From contig NC_135829.1 in assembly GCF_964213995.1 (NCBI RefSeq), forward strand, positions 16,616,001 through 16,680,000: a stretch of DNA of 64,000 nt, written 5' to 3'. The translations under genes and the position numbers were made by a program. This DNA is from Mustelus asterias. Its lineage: Eukaryota. The notes under the pieces are model-generated. The model was not told where the DNA came from. It ran no database searches and was given only the letters and a program-made list of their open reading frames with translations. Positions 24,852-37,923 of this stretch are shown here, in pieces (within the stretch, counting starts at the first letter, position 1; the number at the start of each line of letters is the position of its first letter).

Positions 24852-25379
24852 TGCAAGCTATTGTTGCCATGTAGCCTCACATGTTCTGCTGATGACTCCT
24901 CACTTGCAGATTCCAAAATTAGCGCAACTGCAGGGTGCAGTCTTCAGGCCAACATTAAATTCTTCTACAGTTTCCCCTAACTAATCAATACCGGCACACC
25001 ACTTATTTTTTCTTGCCCCTTCTGAATACATTGTGGCCAGAAATATTTAGCTCTTATTCCTGCCCATCTTTTAAGCCAGGTCTCAATCATTGCTGGCATA
25101 TCATAGACATATAGGTTGCCACATGGAGGTATTTGTTACACTTCACATAAAAACACATGCATTCCAACAACATGCTAACCTGCTTTGTTTCTTCTCTCCA
25201 TCTAGCTCCTGCACTCTTTAATCTTTTGCTCTTTGCCCCTTGAAGTTTTCAATACATCTTTAATTCCCTCTCCTCTACTGCTAAGACCCAATACCCCTCC
25301 CGCTACTAAATTAGTTGAAACTTTCTCTTGTTTATTTGCCGTGTATCAGGTTCAGAAAGTTGCAGGGCACACCAGTTGA

Positions 25380-25962
25380 AACATAGAAACATAGAACATA
25401 GAAAAACTACAGCACAAACAGGCCCTTCAGCCCACAAGTTGTGCCGAACACATCCCTACCTTCTAGACCTACCTATAACCCTCCATCCTATTACGCTCCA
25501 TGTACTCATCCAGGAGTCTCTTAAAAGACCCTATTGAGTTCGCCTCCACCTACACTGACGGCAGCCAATTCCACTCGCCCACCACCCTCTGTGAAAAACT
25601 TACCCCCAACATCTCCCCTGTACCTACCCCCCAGCACCCTAAACCTGTGTCCTCTCGTAGCAGACATTTCCACCCTGGGAAAAAGCCTCAGAGTCCACCC
25701 GATCTATGCCTCTCAACATCTTATACACCTCTATTAGGTTTCGTCTCTCCAAGGAGAAAAGACCGAGCTCCCTCAGCCTATCCTCATAAGGCATGCCACT
25801 CAATCCGGCAACATCCTTGTAAATCTCCTCTGCACCCTTTCAATCTTTTCCACATCCTTCCTACAGTGAGGCGACCAGAACGGAGCACAGTACTCCAAGT
25901 GGGTCTGACGAGGGTCTTGTATAGCTGCATCATTATCCCCGGACTCCTAAACTCAATCCCTT
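25380..25962 (-). mobile_element. CR1 LINE 3' fragment
   Basis: Antisense of MMQLYKTLVRPTWSTV..; tail tctatgttctatgtttctatg. Confidence 0.88.
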
Positions 25963-26556
25963 GAATTTAGGCTTGAGAGGCTTGAAGGGAGCCTCTCAAA
26001 CTTTACTGGTATTAGCATGTGCTTTTAAAAACTCATGTGAAAAGTCCTGATTAAAATGGAAAGTACTCTACCTTCCTCCTTTGGGTAGGGTTTCTAGGAC
26101 ACAGGCACAGGCATGCATTTGCTTTGAGCTTTCTAGATTTGACTATTTCCCAACCATGCTCAAAACTCATTTCCCTTTTGAGTCCCGAAGAACCTTCCTC
26201 ATTGCTTTACAAACATGTAAACCTATAGAACAAATTAACTTTGCGGTCTGAAGACTGCACCATTGTTTTAAATACATCAAGTGCAGTTTTTTGCATTAAA
26301 ATATGCGATCAATGCATGGAAGTGACGAGTCATCAGTAGAGCATGCGAGGCTACATTACAACAATACCTTACATTTTTATTGCCTCGATCAGACAACATT
26401 GATGATGAACCAAAGGAGGAGTGTTGGGCTGGGTTATGAAAAGCAGAGTGAAAGAGATAGATCTTAATTGACATTTTAATGAGTGGTGGGGAGCAGAGTT
26501 GGTAGAGGGATTAAAGAAAGAAAATGAAGAGTTTAAGCCTTGAAAATTTAAGACAA

Positions 26557-26871
26557 GGTCGCTAAAAGTGAAGCGAAAGATTAGGATACATTGGGTTGGG
26601 TTCAATTGGGTTGAACTACAATCCACTTGGAGAGCAGTCTGGCCTTGCATTCTACTCCAGGGTCGAAAAAGTTGGCCTTTAATTTCAGGAGCAAGAGGTA
26701 ATTGTCTTGAGCAGATTGGGAATATTCTGTCTGAGCATGTAAAATAAATCAGAAAAATCCATGATTGGTGAAGGGAACACAGTTGCAAAATTGATCAACT
26801 ACATAGGCACAACTAGGAGGGCCACTAGATTGATTCCAGAGATGAAGAAAGAGAGAGCAGTTTAGGCCTAT
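26557..26871 (+). repeat. Left arm of ~315-bp inverted duplication
   Basis: Reverse complement matches 27712-27977 plus 29782-29826. Confidence 0.93.
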
Positions 26872-27275
26872 ACTCTCTAGAGTTAAGAAAAATGAGGGGA
26901 CATCTAATTGACGTATATATGATAAAAAGATATTGCCAAAATAGATGTAGAGCAGATACTTCCTCTTGTGGGGCAACCTTGAACAAGAGGTCATAGTTTT
27001 AGAATAAGGGGTAGTAGATTTAAAGCAGAGTTGAGAAACTACTTCTCTCAAAGGGTTGTGAATCTGGAATTCATTACACCAGAGTGTGGTGGATGCCAGG
27101 ATATTGAGTAAATTTGAGGAGATAAACAGATTTTTAATTATTAACAGGCTGAAGGATTATGGAGAACGGGCAGAAAAGTGGAGTTGAGGCCGAGATGAGA
27201 TCAGCCATGATCATATTAAATGGCGAAGCAGGCTCAAGGGGCTAAATTGCCCACTCCTGCTCTGTCTTCTTATAG
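26815..27275 (+). mobile_element. CR1 LINE 3' fragment
   Basis: TRLIPE..LGLYSLE..RGHSFRIRGSRFKAELRNYFSQRVVN; CR1 3' UTR. Confidence 0.8.
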
Positions 27276-27711
27276 GCAGTGTCTTAAAGAAAAAACATTA
27301 CACAAAGCATCATTTTAGTGCTGGTTTTCAACGGGAGGTAGGAGAGAAGAACGTAGGAACAAGATTGCTTCTATCAAAGTAACGTTGGATAGACAACAAG
27401 AACAATTTTTATTCATACATTGCGAGCATTATTCACGAGCCTGGGGTTTGTTTATACTCAATGAGTCATCACTCCTTCAGAGAGGCACAACACCCAGTTG
27501 CCTCAAATGGAAGATCACTAATGCTACTGCTTGAACTGCTCCCCCCTAAATATTGCACAAGAATCCATTAGCGTCATATGACCGAGTAACATAAAGCATT
27601 CAAAGCTTCTGAGGAAGGGAATTTATCATCTGACAAGTTCAGTTTCAGTCTACACACAATCTGAGGGCTCAGTGAGAGATCAACAGTAACCTCAAACAAG
27701 CATCGGAATCC

Positions 27712-29826
27712 ATAGGCCTAAACGCGCTCTCTCTCTTCATCTCTGGAATCAATCTAGTGGCCCTCCTAGTTGTGCCTATGTAGTTGATCAATTTTGCAAC
27801 TGTGTTCCCTTCACCAATCATGGATTTTTCTGATTTATTTTACATGCTCAGACAGAATATTCCCAATCTGCTCAAGACAATGACCTCTTGCTGCTGAAAT
27901 TAAGGCCAACTTTTTCGACCCTGGAATAGAATGCAAGGCCAGACTGCTCTCCAAGTGGATTGTAGTTCAACCCAATTAGAACATAGAACAGTACAGCACA
28001 GAACAGGCCCTTCGGCCCACGATGTTGTGCCGAGCTTTATCTGAAACCAAGATCAAGCTATCCCACTCCCTATCATCCTGGTGTGCTCCATGTGCCTATC
28101 CAATAACCGCTTAAATGTTTCTAAAGTGTCTGACTCCACTATCACTGCAGGCAGTCCATTCCACACCCCAACCACTCTCTGCGTAAAGAACCTACCTCTG
28201 ATATCCGTCCTGTATCTCCCACCACGAACCCTATAGTTATGCCCCCTTGTAATAGCTCCATCCACCCGAGGAAATAGTCTTTGAACGTTCACTCTATCTA
28301 TCCCCTTCATCATTTTATACACCTCTATTAAGTCTCCCCTCAGCCTCCTCCGCTCCAGAGAGAACAGCCCTAGCTCCCTCAACCTTTCCTCATATGACCT
28401 ACCCTCCAAACCAGGCAGCATCCTGGTAAATCTCCTCTGCACTCTCTCCAGCGCTTCCACATCCTTCTTATAGTGAGGTGACCAGAACTGCACACAATAT
28501 TCCAAATGTGGTCTCACCAAGGTCCTGTACAGTTGCAGCATAACCCCACGGCTCTTAAACTCCAACCCCCTGTTAATAAAAGCTAACACACTATAGGCCT
28601 TCTTCACAGCTCTATCCACTTGACTGGCAACCTTTAGAGATCTGTGGATATGGACCCCAAGATCTCTCTGTTCCTCCACAGTCTTCAGAACCCTACCTTT
28701 GACCCTGTAATCCACATTTAAATTTGTCCTACCAAAATGAATCACCTCACATTTATCAGGGTTAAACTCCATTTGCCATTTTTCAGCCCAGCTTTGCATC
28801 CTATCTATGTCTCTTTGCAGCCTACAACAGCCCTCCACCTCATCCACTACTCCACCAATCTTGGTGTCATCAGCAAATTTACTGATCCACCCTTCAGCCC
28901 CCTCCTCTAAGTCATTAATAAAAATCACAAAGAGCAGAGGACCAAGCACTGATCCCTGCGGCACACCGCTAGCAACCTGCCTCCAATCCGAAAATTTTCC
29001 ATCGACCACCACCCTCTGTCTTCGGTCAGACAGCCAGTTACCTATCCAATCGGCCAACTTTCCCTCTATCCCACACCTCCTCACTTTCATCATAAGCCGA
29101 CCATGGGGGACCTTATCAAACGCCTCACTAAAATCCATGTATATGACATCAACTGCCCTACCTTCATCAACACACTTAGTTACCTCCTCAAAAAATTCTA
29201 TCAAATTTGTGAGGCACGACTTGCCCTTCACGAATCCGTGCTGACTATCTCGGATTAATCCGCATCTTTCTAAATGGTCGTAAATCCCATCCCTAAGGAC
29301 CCTTTCCATCAATTTACCAACCACCGAAGTGAGACTAACCGGTCTATAATTACCAGGGTCATTTCTATTCCCTTTCTTAAACAGAGGAACAACATTCGCC
29401 ATTCTCCAGTCCTCTGGCACCATCCCCGTGGACAGCGAGGACCCAAAGATCAACGCCAAAGGCTCTGCAATCTCATCCCTTGCCTCCCACAGAATCCTAG
29501 GATACATTTCATCAGGCCCAGGGGACTTATCGACCTTCAGTTTATTCAAAACTGCCAAGACATCCTCCCTCCGAACATCTATTTCCTCCAGCCTATTAGC
29601 CTGTAACACCTTCTCTTCCTCAAAAACATGGCCCCTCTCCTTGGTGAACACTGAAGAAAAGTATTCATTCATCACCTCGCCTATCTCTACTGACTCCATA
29701 CACAAGTTCCCACTACTGTCCTTGACCGGCCCTAACCTCACCCTGGTCATTCTTTTATTCCTCACATAAGAGTAAAAAGCCAATCCAATCCAATGTATCC
29801 TAATCTTTCGCTTCACTTTTACGACC
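27712..29826 (-). repeat. Right arm of inverted duplication (split by LINE 27978-29781)
   Basis: High-identity reverse-complement copy of 26557-26871 on both sides of the LINE. Confidence 0.93.
27978..29781 (-). mobile_element. Young 5'-truncated CR1-clade (HER1-like) LINE with uninterrupted RT ORF
   Basis: About 575 open codons (28053-29780): KSPGPD, NYRPVSLTS, QHGF, GVPQGSVLGP, KFADD, RPHLEYCVQFWSP; 3' tail tgttctatgttct. Confidence 0.95.
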
Positions 29827-29840
29827 AATGGATGACATAT

Positions 29841-30129
29841 GAGCGGCATGGTGGCACACTGGTTAACATTGCTCACAGTGCCAGGGACCCGGATTAGATT
29901 CCCAGCTTGGGTCACTGCCTGCGCGGAGTCTGCACGTTCTCCCCATGTCTGCATTGGGTTTCCTCCGGTATCCTCCCATAGTCTGAAAGACGTGCTGGTT
30001 AGGTGCATTGGCCATGCTAAATTCTCCCTCAGTGTACCCGAACAGGTGCCAGCGTGTGTTGATTAGGGGATTTTCACAGTAACTTCATCGCAGTGTTAAT
30101 GTAAGCCTACTTGTGCTTAATAAATAAAT
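29841..30129 (+). mobile_element. HE1-like SINE type B
   Basis: Consensus match. Confidence 0.9.
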
Positions 30130-31246
30130 ATCATGGCCTGTTATGACAGAAGGAAAAAATTCCTTTGTAAAACTACTTAACGAGAAAACTGGAACTAGTA
30201 AATGGATAGAGTACTGGAGGAAATGTGTATTCAGCTGTTACTGGAGATATTTTCCAAGGCGACTGTATAATTTTGATAATTGCCACAGTAAAATAATAGA
30301 CTGAAATACATAAGATTGGACAGGTGAAAAAATCCATGCAGTTACTGTGGAAATGTAAAAGTTCAGCTACTCCTTTGTTGGGATCACAGACTATTCATCA
30401 ATACAACACTGCAAGAATTAGCTAATAAAATAAAATAAATAAAGCCGGAAGAAGCTGCAAGTCCGGAAGGATAAACAGGCTAAAGATGTGCATTTAAAAT
30501 GAAAAACGAACCATACAATAGATTCTTCTCGATAAAGTGCTATTGGTTCAGGCAATAATTCACTGGTTCAAGTAAATCATTGGTAACATCACCCAGTGTG
30601 TTCAACAATACCACACAAGCTACAAGCATGGCATGACATTAGAGGGGGAAAAAACAGAGGCCTTGCAAATAACAATCCATATTCGGATTTCCTCCCTTTC
30701 CACAAAAGGCATTCCCGAAAAAACATCAAATCTGCCTGGTGGAAAATAAATCCTTAAGCTGCTCATTACGATTACTGGATATTTCTGTAACCAGAGGATC
30801 TCCAGGGAGTTGCCTGTTTGCAATGTGTCTCCATTCTTATTAATGATGGTGAAAGGGAGAATATAGGAGTACTGGAGAAGGATATGGAACGAGTGTATTT
30901 AACTGCAGAAAAGGAGTGCTTCTGGAAAAACAGCAGAATTTCAGATCGATGTCACCCAGCCCTTGCATTAATTCGAGGCTGAGAGAAAGTTGAAGCAAAG
31001 ACCCCGACCACAAATTTCAGTCTTCCGCAGTTATGCAAATCGGACGGGGTGGGAGGGGCAGGCTGGTGGCTGCAGAGCAGTTAGTCCAATATCATCTAGG
31101 GGGAAAGCTTTTAAGGAAGTGAGTATTTAAAGATGATTATGTGCACCAATCAGCTCAAAGTGCTTGAATTTGGAATTACTGGAAAAACATCACCACTTCC
31201 AGTTCAAGGGCACATCAGGCCACAAACTTAAGTGACTTTAATCATT

Positions 31247-32570
31247 ACATAGAAACTAGAAGCAGGAGTGGGTCATTCCGCCCTTCGAGTTTGCTCCGCC
31301 ATTCATTTTGATCATCAAATTCAATCTCCTGATCTCCCCTTCCTCCCATATCCCTTGATCCCTTTAGCCCAAAGAGCTATATCTAATTTATTCTTGAAAT
31401 CAGACAATGTTTTGGCCTCAACTACTTTCTGTGGCAGTGAATTCCACACATTCATCACCCTCTGGGTGAAGAAATTTCTCCTCACCTCAGTCCTAAAAGG
31501 TTTACCCCTTGTCACTGATTATTCAGTGTTTCTACTGCTCAGACATCTGCATGCAACAAATTCTTTGCTCCTCAACGAGGGACACAAACCCATTTACGCT
31601 ACAAGGTTTAATCATGCAAACTTGGAACAGGAGTCGGCCATTTGGCCTCTCGAGCCTACTTTGCCATTCAATACGACCATGGCTAATCTGATTGTGGCCT
31701 CAATCCCACATTCCGCACACCCTCAACATCCTTTCACTCCCTCGTTAGTCAAGAATCCAGCTCCCCCTGCCTTAAACATATTTAATGACCCTGCCTCCAC
31801 CCCTTTTCACAAACAGACAACTCAGACAAAAAAAAATACAATCTTCTAATCTGTGTCTCAAATGGAGGACTCATTTTTAAAACGTTCTTTCAGCACCCAC
31901 TCTGTCAAGTCCCCTCAGTATTCGTACCTTTCAATAAGATCACTCCTCATTCTTCTAAACTCCAATAGATATAGGATCAAACCGTCTTACTCTTAACCTT
32001 GTCATTCTAGAAATTGGTTGAACGAACCTCAGAACATAAGAACGTAAGAACTAGGAGCAGGAGTAGGCCATCTGGCCCCTCGAGCCTGCTCCGCCATGCA
32101 ATAAGATCATGGCTGATCTTTTTGTGGACTCAGCTCCACTTACCCGCCCGCTCACCATAACTCTTAATTCCTTTACTGTTCAAAAATGTATCTATCCTTG
32201 CCTTAAAAACATTCAATGAGGTAGCCTCAACTGCTTCACTGGGCAGGGAATTCCACAGATTCACAACCCTTTGTGTGAAGAAGTTCCTCCTCAACTCAGT
32301 CCTAAATCTGCTCCCCCTTATTTCGAGGTGATGCCCCCTAGTTCTAGTTTCATCTGTTGGTGGAAACAGCTTCCCTGCTTCAATCTTATCTATTCCCTTC
32401 ATAATTTTATATGTTTCTATAAAATTTCCCCTCATTCTTCTGAATTCCGATGAGTATAGCCCCAGTGTACTCAGTCTCTCCTGTTTCTAATGCAATTATG
32501 TCCTTTCTTAAATAAGCAAACCAAAACTGTACACCGTACCCAGATGTGGTCTCACCAATGTGTACAACCA
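31247..32570 (-). mobile_element. Cluster of three CR1 3' fragments (31247-31510, 31625-31990, 32030-32570)
   Basis: ORFs 31321-31515 and 32130-32435 contain RRNFFTQRV.N.WNSLP. Confidence 0.85.
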
Positions 32571-32824
32571 TAGCAAAGCGTTTGTACTTTTTAGGTTCCA
32601 CAATTTTCAACAACTTCGACAGATGCACCACAGCACTTTTATTCATAAACAAGCAAATCATTTTATTCATAAACAAATCTAAACTTTGTCTGGATAATTT
32701 CTTCAACCTCATCAGCCAACCTTCTCTTTCACAGCTGGTGTACACACAAAAAATAATTTAATCACTCAAATTGCACAATACTGAAAAAATCTAAATACAC
32801 TGTCCCTGTGGCATTATGATACCC

Positions 32825-33303
32825 AGTGCGTGGAAAGAAAGCATTCTTTCTGGTTGCGTCACAGCTTGTTATGGCTCCTGCTCTGCCCAAGACCGCGAGG
32901 AACTACAAGGGTCGTGAATGAAGCTCAATCCATCACGCAAACCAGCCTCCCATTCATTAACCCTGTCTACGCTTCCCGCTGCCTCGGCAAAGCAGCCAGC
33001 ATAAACAAGGACCCCGCGCACTCCGGACATACTCTCTTCCACCTTCTTCCGTTGGGAAAAAGATATAAAAGTCTGAGGTCACGCAACCAACCGACCCAAG
33101 AACAGCTTCTTCCCTGCTGCCATCAGACTTTTGAATGGACCTACATCACGTTAAGTTGATCTTTCTCTACACCCTAGCTATGACTGTAACACTACATTCT
33201 GCACACTCTCATTTCCTTCCCTGTGTGCGGTACGCTTTGTATAGCATGCAAGAAACAATACTTTTCACTGTATACTAAAACATGTGACAATAATAAATCA
33301 AAT
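32825..33303 (+). mobile_element. Rex1/Babar-type LINE 3' fragment
   Basis: SRCLGKAASINKDPAHSGHTLFHLLPLGKRYKSLRSR; same tail as 8591-9066. Confidence 0.82.
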
Positions 33304-33641
33304 TTCCCTTGCAATAACCAACAACATTCCATTTGCCTTTCTAATCACTTGTACCTACGTACCAACTTTGTGATTCACATACCCAGGACATTATTCCTTT
33401 CAGTGAAACACTGGAGGAAGGTTAAGGTACAAGCAATCTAAAACATTCAGCAACAGTGCCTTCTACGCTCAGGGTTTGGTTTACTTGCTCAGTTGATTAA
33501 TTATTATGCTTGCTCCTTCACTATGCAAATACAAACAGATTTTCTTGGTTCAACTGGAGACTGTTCTGTCTCACACAGTGCTGCCCAACCTTCGCATACA
33601 TTAGTTATGTGATGCCAAGCAAATTCAATAATCTCTCTTAC

Positions 33642-33738
33642 CTAACCTCCCAAAGTCTCCTTCACCCCAGGTGTACAATTCGCCATCTTCTGTCACGGCT
33701 GCACTGTGTCTATAGCCAGCAGAGACGCACACAACAGC
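33642..33738 (-). CDS. HERC1: HERC1 exon 6 (97 nt)
   Basis: [32 protein letters not shown](G); caaag| and |gtaaga. Confidence 0.96.
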
Positions 33739-33840
33739 CTTTGTAAAGAACATGTAGAAACTGGGGTTATCACAAGCAATCACAGAGCACAAGTAGTTCA
33801 TTTTGATTCATAATTATACTGACAATTATCGCCACTACAT

Positions 33841-33864
33841 GGGGGGGGGGGGGGGGGGGGGGGG
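33841..33864. repeat. poly(G) tract (similar C/G runs at 22-52, 61441-61463, 62921-62937)
   Basis: Seen directly. Confidence 0.9.
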
Positions 33865-33969
33865 AATGACCATTCAACCGAGTTTTCACTTCCAAAATAT
33901 AACACAACAAAAGGACGAGAGTTTTCCTATCGAGTAAGCAAGCAGAGAGTTGAATCATTGAACACTTAC

Positions 33970-34281
33970 TTTCCCTTGCAAAGGCCCCTGGATAAGTTTG
34001 GGATATTTCTGTGTTGAACTGTTTCCGTGCCCAAGTTTTCCATAGTCACCATCACCCCAGCTGAAGACTTCTCCCTCAGTGGTGAACGCGAGAGTATGTC
34101 CATCGGAACCTTTTGACGAGGAGATTTTTTTGATAGCGCGATGTGGTTCAAAAGTTAACTTTTTCAGGGTGGATTGGTTATTTGAATCACCGAGGCCGAG
34201 CCGTCCATAGCTTCCCTTGCCACAGGCTCTTACTGACCCATCAGATGAAATGACAAAGGTGCAATACTGTCCGGCTTCAAT
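33970..34281 (-). CDS. HERC1: HERC1 exon 5 (312 nt), RCC1 repeats
   Basis: IEAGQYCTFVIS..GSVRACGKGSYGRLGLGDS...WGDGDYGKLGHG...LIQGPLQGK; tttag| and |gtaagt. Confidence 0.97.
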
Positions 34282-34436
34282 CTAAAGGGGGCGGGAAAGG
34301 AAAGGGCAATCCACAAAACGTGGAGATGATCACAATGTACACGTTGAAGATACAACACTTCGATTATTACACGCAGTGGTTTCTATCAAATAAAATAGCA
34401 CTTCCCAATAGTAAGAAATCAAATCACAAACATGTC

Positions 34437-34705
34437 AGTGGCACAGTGGTTAAGACTGCTGCCTCACAGCGCCAGGGACCTGGGTTTGAATCCCGGCTCG
34501 GGTCACTGTCTGTGCGGAGTCTGCACATTCTCCCCGCGTCTGCGTGGGTTTCCTCCCACGGTCTGAGAGACGTGCTGGTTAGGGTGCACTGACCGTGCTA
34601 AATTCTCCCTGGGTGTACCCGAACAGGCGCCGGAGTGTGGCGACTAGGGGATTTTCACCGTCTGTAGGCAGACTTGTGACAATAATAAAATAAACTTTAA
34701 ACTTT
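34437..34705 (+). mobile_element. HE1-like SINE type B
   Basis: Consensus match. Confidence 0.9.
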
Positions 34706-35447
34706 GTCATTTATCCAGAATGTAAGTTAACCAATCATAAATCATCAGGCACCAAATTACTCTTATGCTAATATTTGTGACATAGACAAACACCTAATTC
34801 TCTGGTAAACGCAAGACAGAAAAGAGTGTTCTTTTCAGGGGTCTGGAAAGGGTGAGGTTCAAATAATGAACTGTTTCTATTCCTCGCTTTAAAGTGGTTT
34901 GGGAACAGCGGAAACCTTCAAAAACGCAAGTCTTTTGTTTCAATCCTGTTCTGAGGTCCTGCGCGTCCGAGGTGTTCTTTTATCCCTTGGCTTGATAGTG
35001 TAATGAGTGTTAACTATATAACAAGTGTTAACCACAAAACCAAAGGTTATGGATTTTAATCATTTGCTGCGAATGTTGCAATAGTCAGCATGATATAAGA
35101 ATGCCTCTCCTCTACTATTAAGTGGATTTGCTGAGGCTCTAAGTAGGATTGCTACAAATCCGCTTAAATAGCAGCTCCCTTGCTGGGCCCCGTGCACCAC
35201 CGAAGACAACACAGATTGGTCTTTGTATTTCATGTATTTGAAGATTACTGATTATCTCAATTTGCTTTGAGCTTTTAGTTCTCCTTTTCCATTGTCCCTC
35301 ATCAGTCAACTTAAATCAATGATCCAGAATGATTTGCGTCACAATTCCTTTCAGCTACTTCCACCTGTCTGAATATCTCTCAATTTGATCACCGAAGAGT
35401 TGGCTATTTTTTATAATCACCATTTACATTCCCTTTGTCAACGCCGG

Positions 35448-35763
35448 TCATAGAATACTACAGTGCAGAAGGAGGCCAATCTAGTCCTCACTTGCCACAA
35501 TCCCACCCAGGCCCGATCCCCACAAACTCGTGCATTATTTACCCTAGATAGTCCCCCTGACAATAAAGGGCAATTTAGCACGGCCAATCCACCTAACCCA
35601 CACATCTTTGGACTGAGGGGGGAAACCGGAGCACCCGGAGGAAACCCACGCAGACACGGGGGAGAACGTGCGAAATCCGCACAGTCACCCGAGGCCGGAA
35701 TTGATCCTTGGTCCCTGGTGCTGTGAAGCAGCAGTGCTAACCATTGTGCCACTGAGCCGCCCA
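35448..35763 (-). mobile_element. HE1-like SINE type A
   Basis: Consensus match. Confidence 0.9.
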
Positions 35764-36083
35764 CAATGAAGAATCTTCCCCTGAAACATTACCAGAGTGT
35801 AATAGCAGTATTGCCACAAAACAATTTGAATTAAATACTTAAACTCAAACTTACAAAGCATCAATGCGTTGAGAAACATTCTTATATATTTGTTCATACT
35901 GCTCCGCTAGACAATATTCTAACCACTAAATCTTCTGAAGTATGGCTGAAGTCCACTAATCCCAGTAGCAGAAACAGGAGCTAGATCTATTGCCAGCTGC
36001 CACAGTTTGACAAAGAACACCTATTATAAAAATATTTGTAAGTTGGGAAAGCAGAGTGGAAAATGTATAAATACCCTACTTAC

Positions 36084-36278
36084 AGTCTGAGCATCAGCAA
36101 AACTTGAAGCTAATTTTGGCTGCAGAATTTTTTCCTGTGTTCCCTCCACCAGCTGATGGCTGCTGTTGCTGCCCCACACGTACACTTCACATGTTTCGGA
36201 CACCACAGGGGCATCGCCACTCTGCAAACTGTCAGGACTCGCACACGTCCTGGAGTAGTCTGAAGCCATTCGACAAAC
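36084..36278 (-). CDS. HERC1: HERC1 exon 4 (195 nt), start of RCC1-like domain 1
   Basis: VCRMASDYSRTCASPDS...VYVWGSNSSHQL...ADAQT; catag| and |gtaagt. Confidence 0.97.
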
Positions 36279-36427
36279 CTATGGACCGAAAAGGGAAGTC
36301 ATCAATTTCAAGATTTACAGCTCCAAAATTACCAGCAGCAAATAAATACATGTCTAACTCCGATATTAAAAACACTTTCCACGCTTACTCTAAACCGTCA
36401 AGAGCAACTCATAAACAGACGAAAGTA

Positions 36428-37385
36428 ATCATAGAATCCCTACAGTGTAGAAAGAGGCCATTCTGCCCAAAGAGCCTGCACTGAGAAGAATCCCACCCAG
36501 GCCCTATCCCCGAAACCTCAAGTATTTACTTTACTAATCCTGCTAACACTAAGGAGCAATTTAGCTTGGCAAATCCACCTAACCCGCACATTTATGAGTG
36601 TGGGAGGAAACCGGAGCACCCAGAGGAAACCCACGCAGACACTGGGAGAACATGGTTGATAGGGTTGTTAAGAAGGCGTACGGTGTGTTAGCTTTTATTG
36701 GTAGAGGGATTGAGTTTCGGAGCCAGGAGGTCATGCTGCAACTGTACAAAATTCTGGTGCGGCCGCATTTGGAGTATTGCGTACAGTTCTGGTCACCGTA
36801 TTATAGGAAAGATGTGGAAGTGTTGGAAAGGGTGCAGAGGAGATTTACCAGGATGTTGCCTGGTATGGTGGGAAAATCGTATGAGGAAAGACTGAGGGGC
36901 TTGAGGTTGTTTTCGTTAGAGAGAAGGTTAAGAGGTGACTTAATAGAGGCATACAAGATGATCAGAGGATTAGATAGGGTGGATAGTGAGAGCCTTTTTC
37001 CTCGGATGGTGATAGCTAGCACGAGGGGACATAGTTTTAAATTGAGGGGTGAGAGATATAGGACAGATGTTAGAGGTAGGTTCTTTACTCAGAGAGTAGC
37101 AAGGGCGTGGAATGCCCTGCCTGCAGCAGTAGTGGACTCGTCAACATTAAGAGCATTCAAATGGTTATTGGATAAACATATGGATGATATTGGAATAGTG
37201 TAGATTAGAGGGGCTTTAGATTGGTTTCACAGGTCGGCGCAACATCGAGGGCCGAAGGGCCTGTACTGCGCTGTAATGTTCTATGTTCTAACGTCAGACT
37301 CCACCCAGTCACCCATGGCCGGAATTGAACCCGGGTCCCCGGCGCTGCGAGGTTTCAGTGCTGACCACAGTGTCACCGTGCTGCT
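36428..37385 (-). mobile_element. HE1-like SINE type A interrupted by CR1 36652-37289
   Basis: gggagaac|LINE|aacgtcagactcc continuity. Confidence 0.88.
36652..37289 (+). mobile_element. CR1 LINE 3' end nested in an HE1 SINE
   Basis: Open frame VDRVVKKAYG...RPHLEYCVQFWSP...FFTQRV; tail tgttctatgttct; the SINE resumes at 37290. Confidence 0.92.
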
Positions 37386-37497
37386 CGTGGGCAACAAATG
37401 CTAACCTTGCCAGTCATGTCCATATCCCATGAAGGGATTTTTGAAAAATACTTCTTGCATCTTAGTTTCAAACCAGAATGCCTGCACAACTTCAAAT

Positions 37498-37762
37498 GGG
37501 CGGCATGATGGCACAGTGGTTAGCACTGCTGCCTCACAGCACCAGGGACCCGGCTTTGGTCACTGTCTGAGCAGAGTCTGCATGTTCTCCCCGTGCCTGC
37601 GTGGGTTTCCTCCCACAGTCTGAAAGACGAGCTGGTTAGGTGCACTGCTAAATTCTCCCTCAGTGTACCCAAAGCAGAGTGTGGCGACTCGGGGATTTTC
37701 ATAGTAATTTCATTGCAGTGTTAATGCAAGCCTACTTGTGACACTAATAAACAAACTTAAAT
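37498..37762 (+). mobile_element. HE1-like SINE type B
   Basis: Consensus match. Confidence 0.88.
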
Positions 37763-37923
37763 GCAATTCAAATGGATGCACATCGAGGATGTGGGCAAGT
37801 GCTTTATATAATGCAAGCTTCTTTCTAATCAATGAGTTCTATACTCAGTAGACATTGTTTAATAAAGTTATTTTCAAAAATACTAAGAAAATTCTAGAAC
37901 AATATATCCTGCATCTTACGCAC

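Noticed and set aside
26557-29826. Fold-back DNA transposon with 315-bp TIRs
   Set aside because: There is no TSD, and the arm ends inside a CR1 fragment that continues only on the left, which fits a local duplication.
29782-30008. N-terminal ~75 aa of the 651-aa ORF as a novel domain fused to RT
   Set aside because: It is chance read-through from an antisense type B SINE and the inverted-duplication arm; LINE homology starts at AFYSYV.
36598-36651. Start of the 201-aa ORF
   Set aside because: SINE-derived (WEETGAPRGNPRRH); the frame is open only because a CR1 inserted into the SINE.
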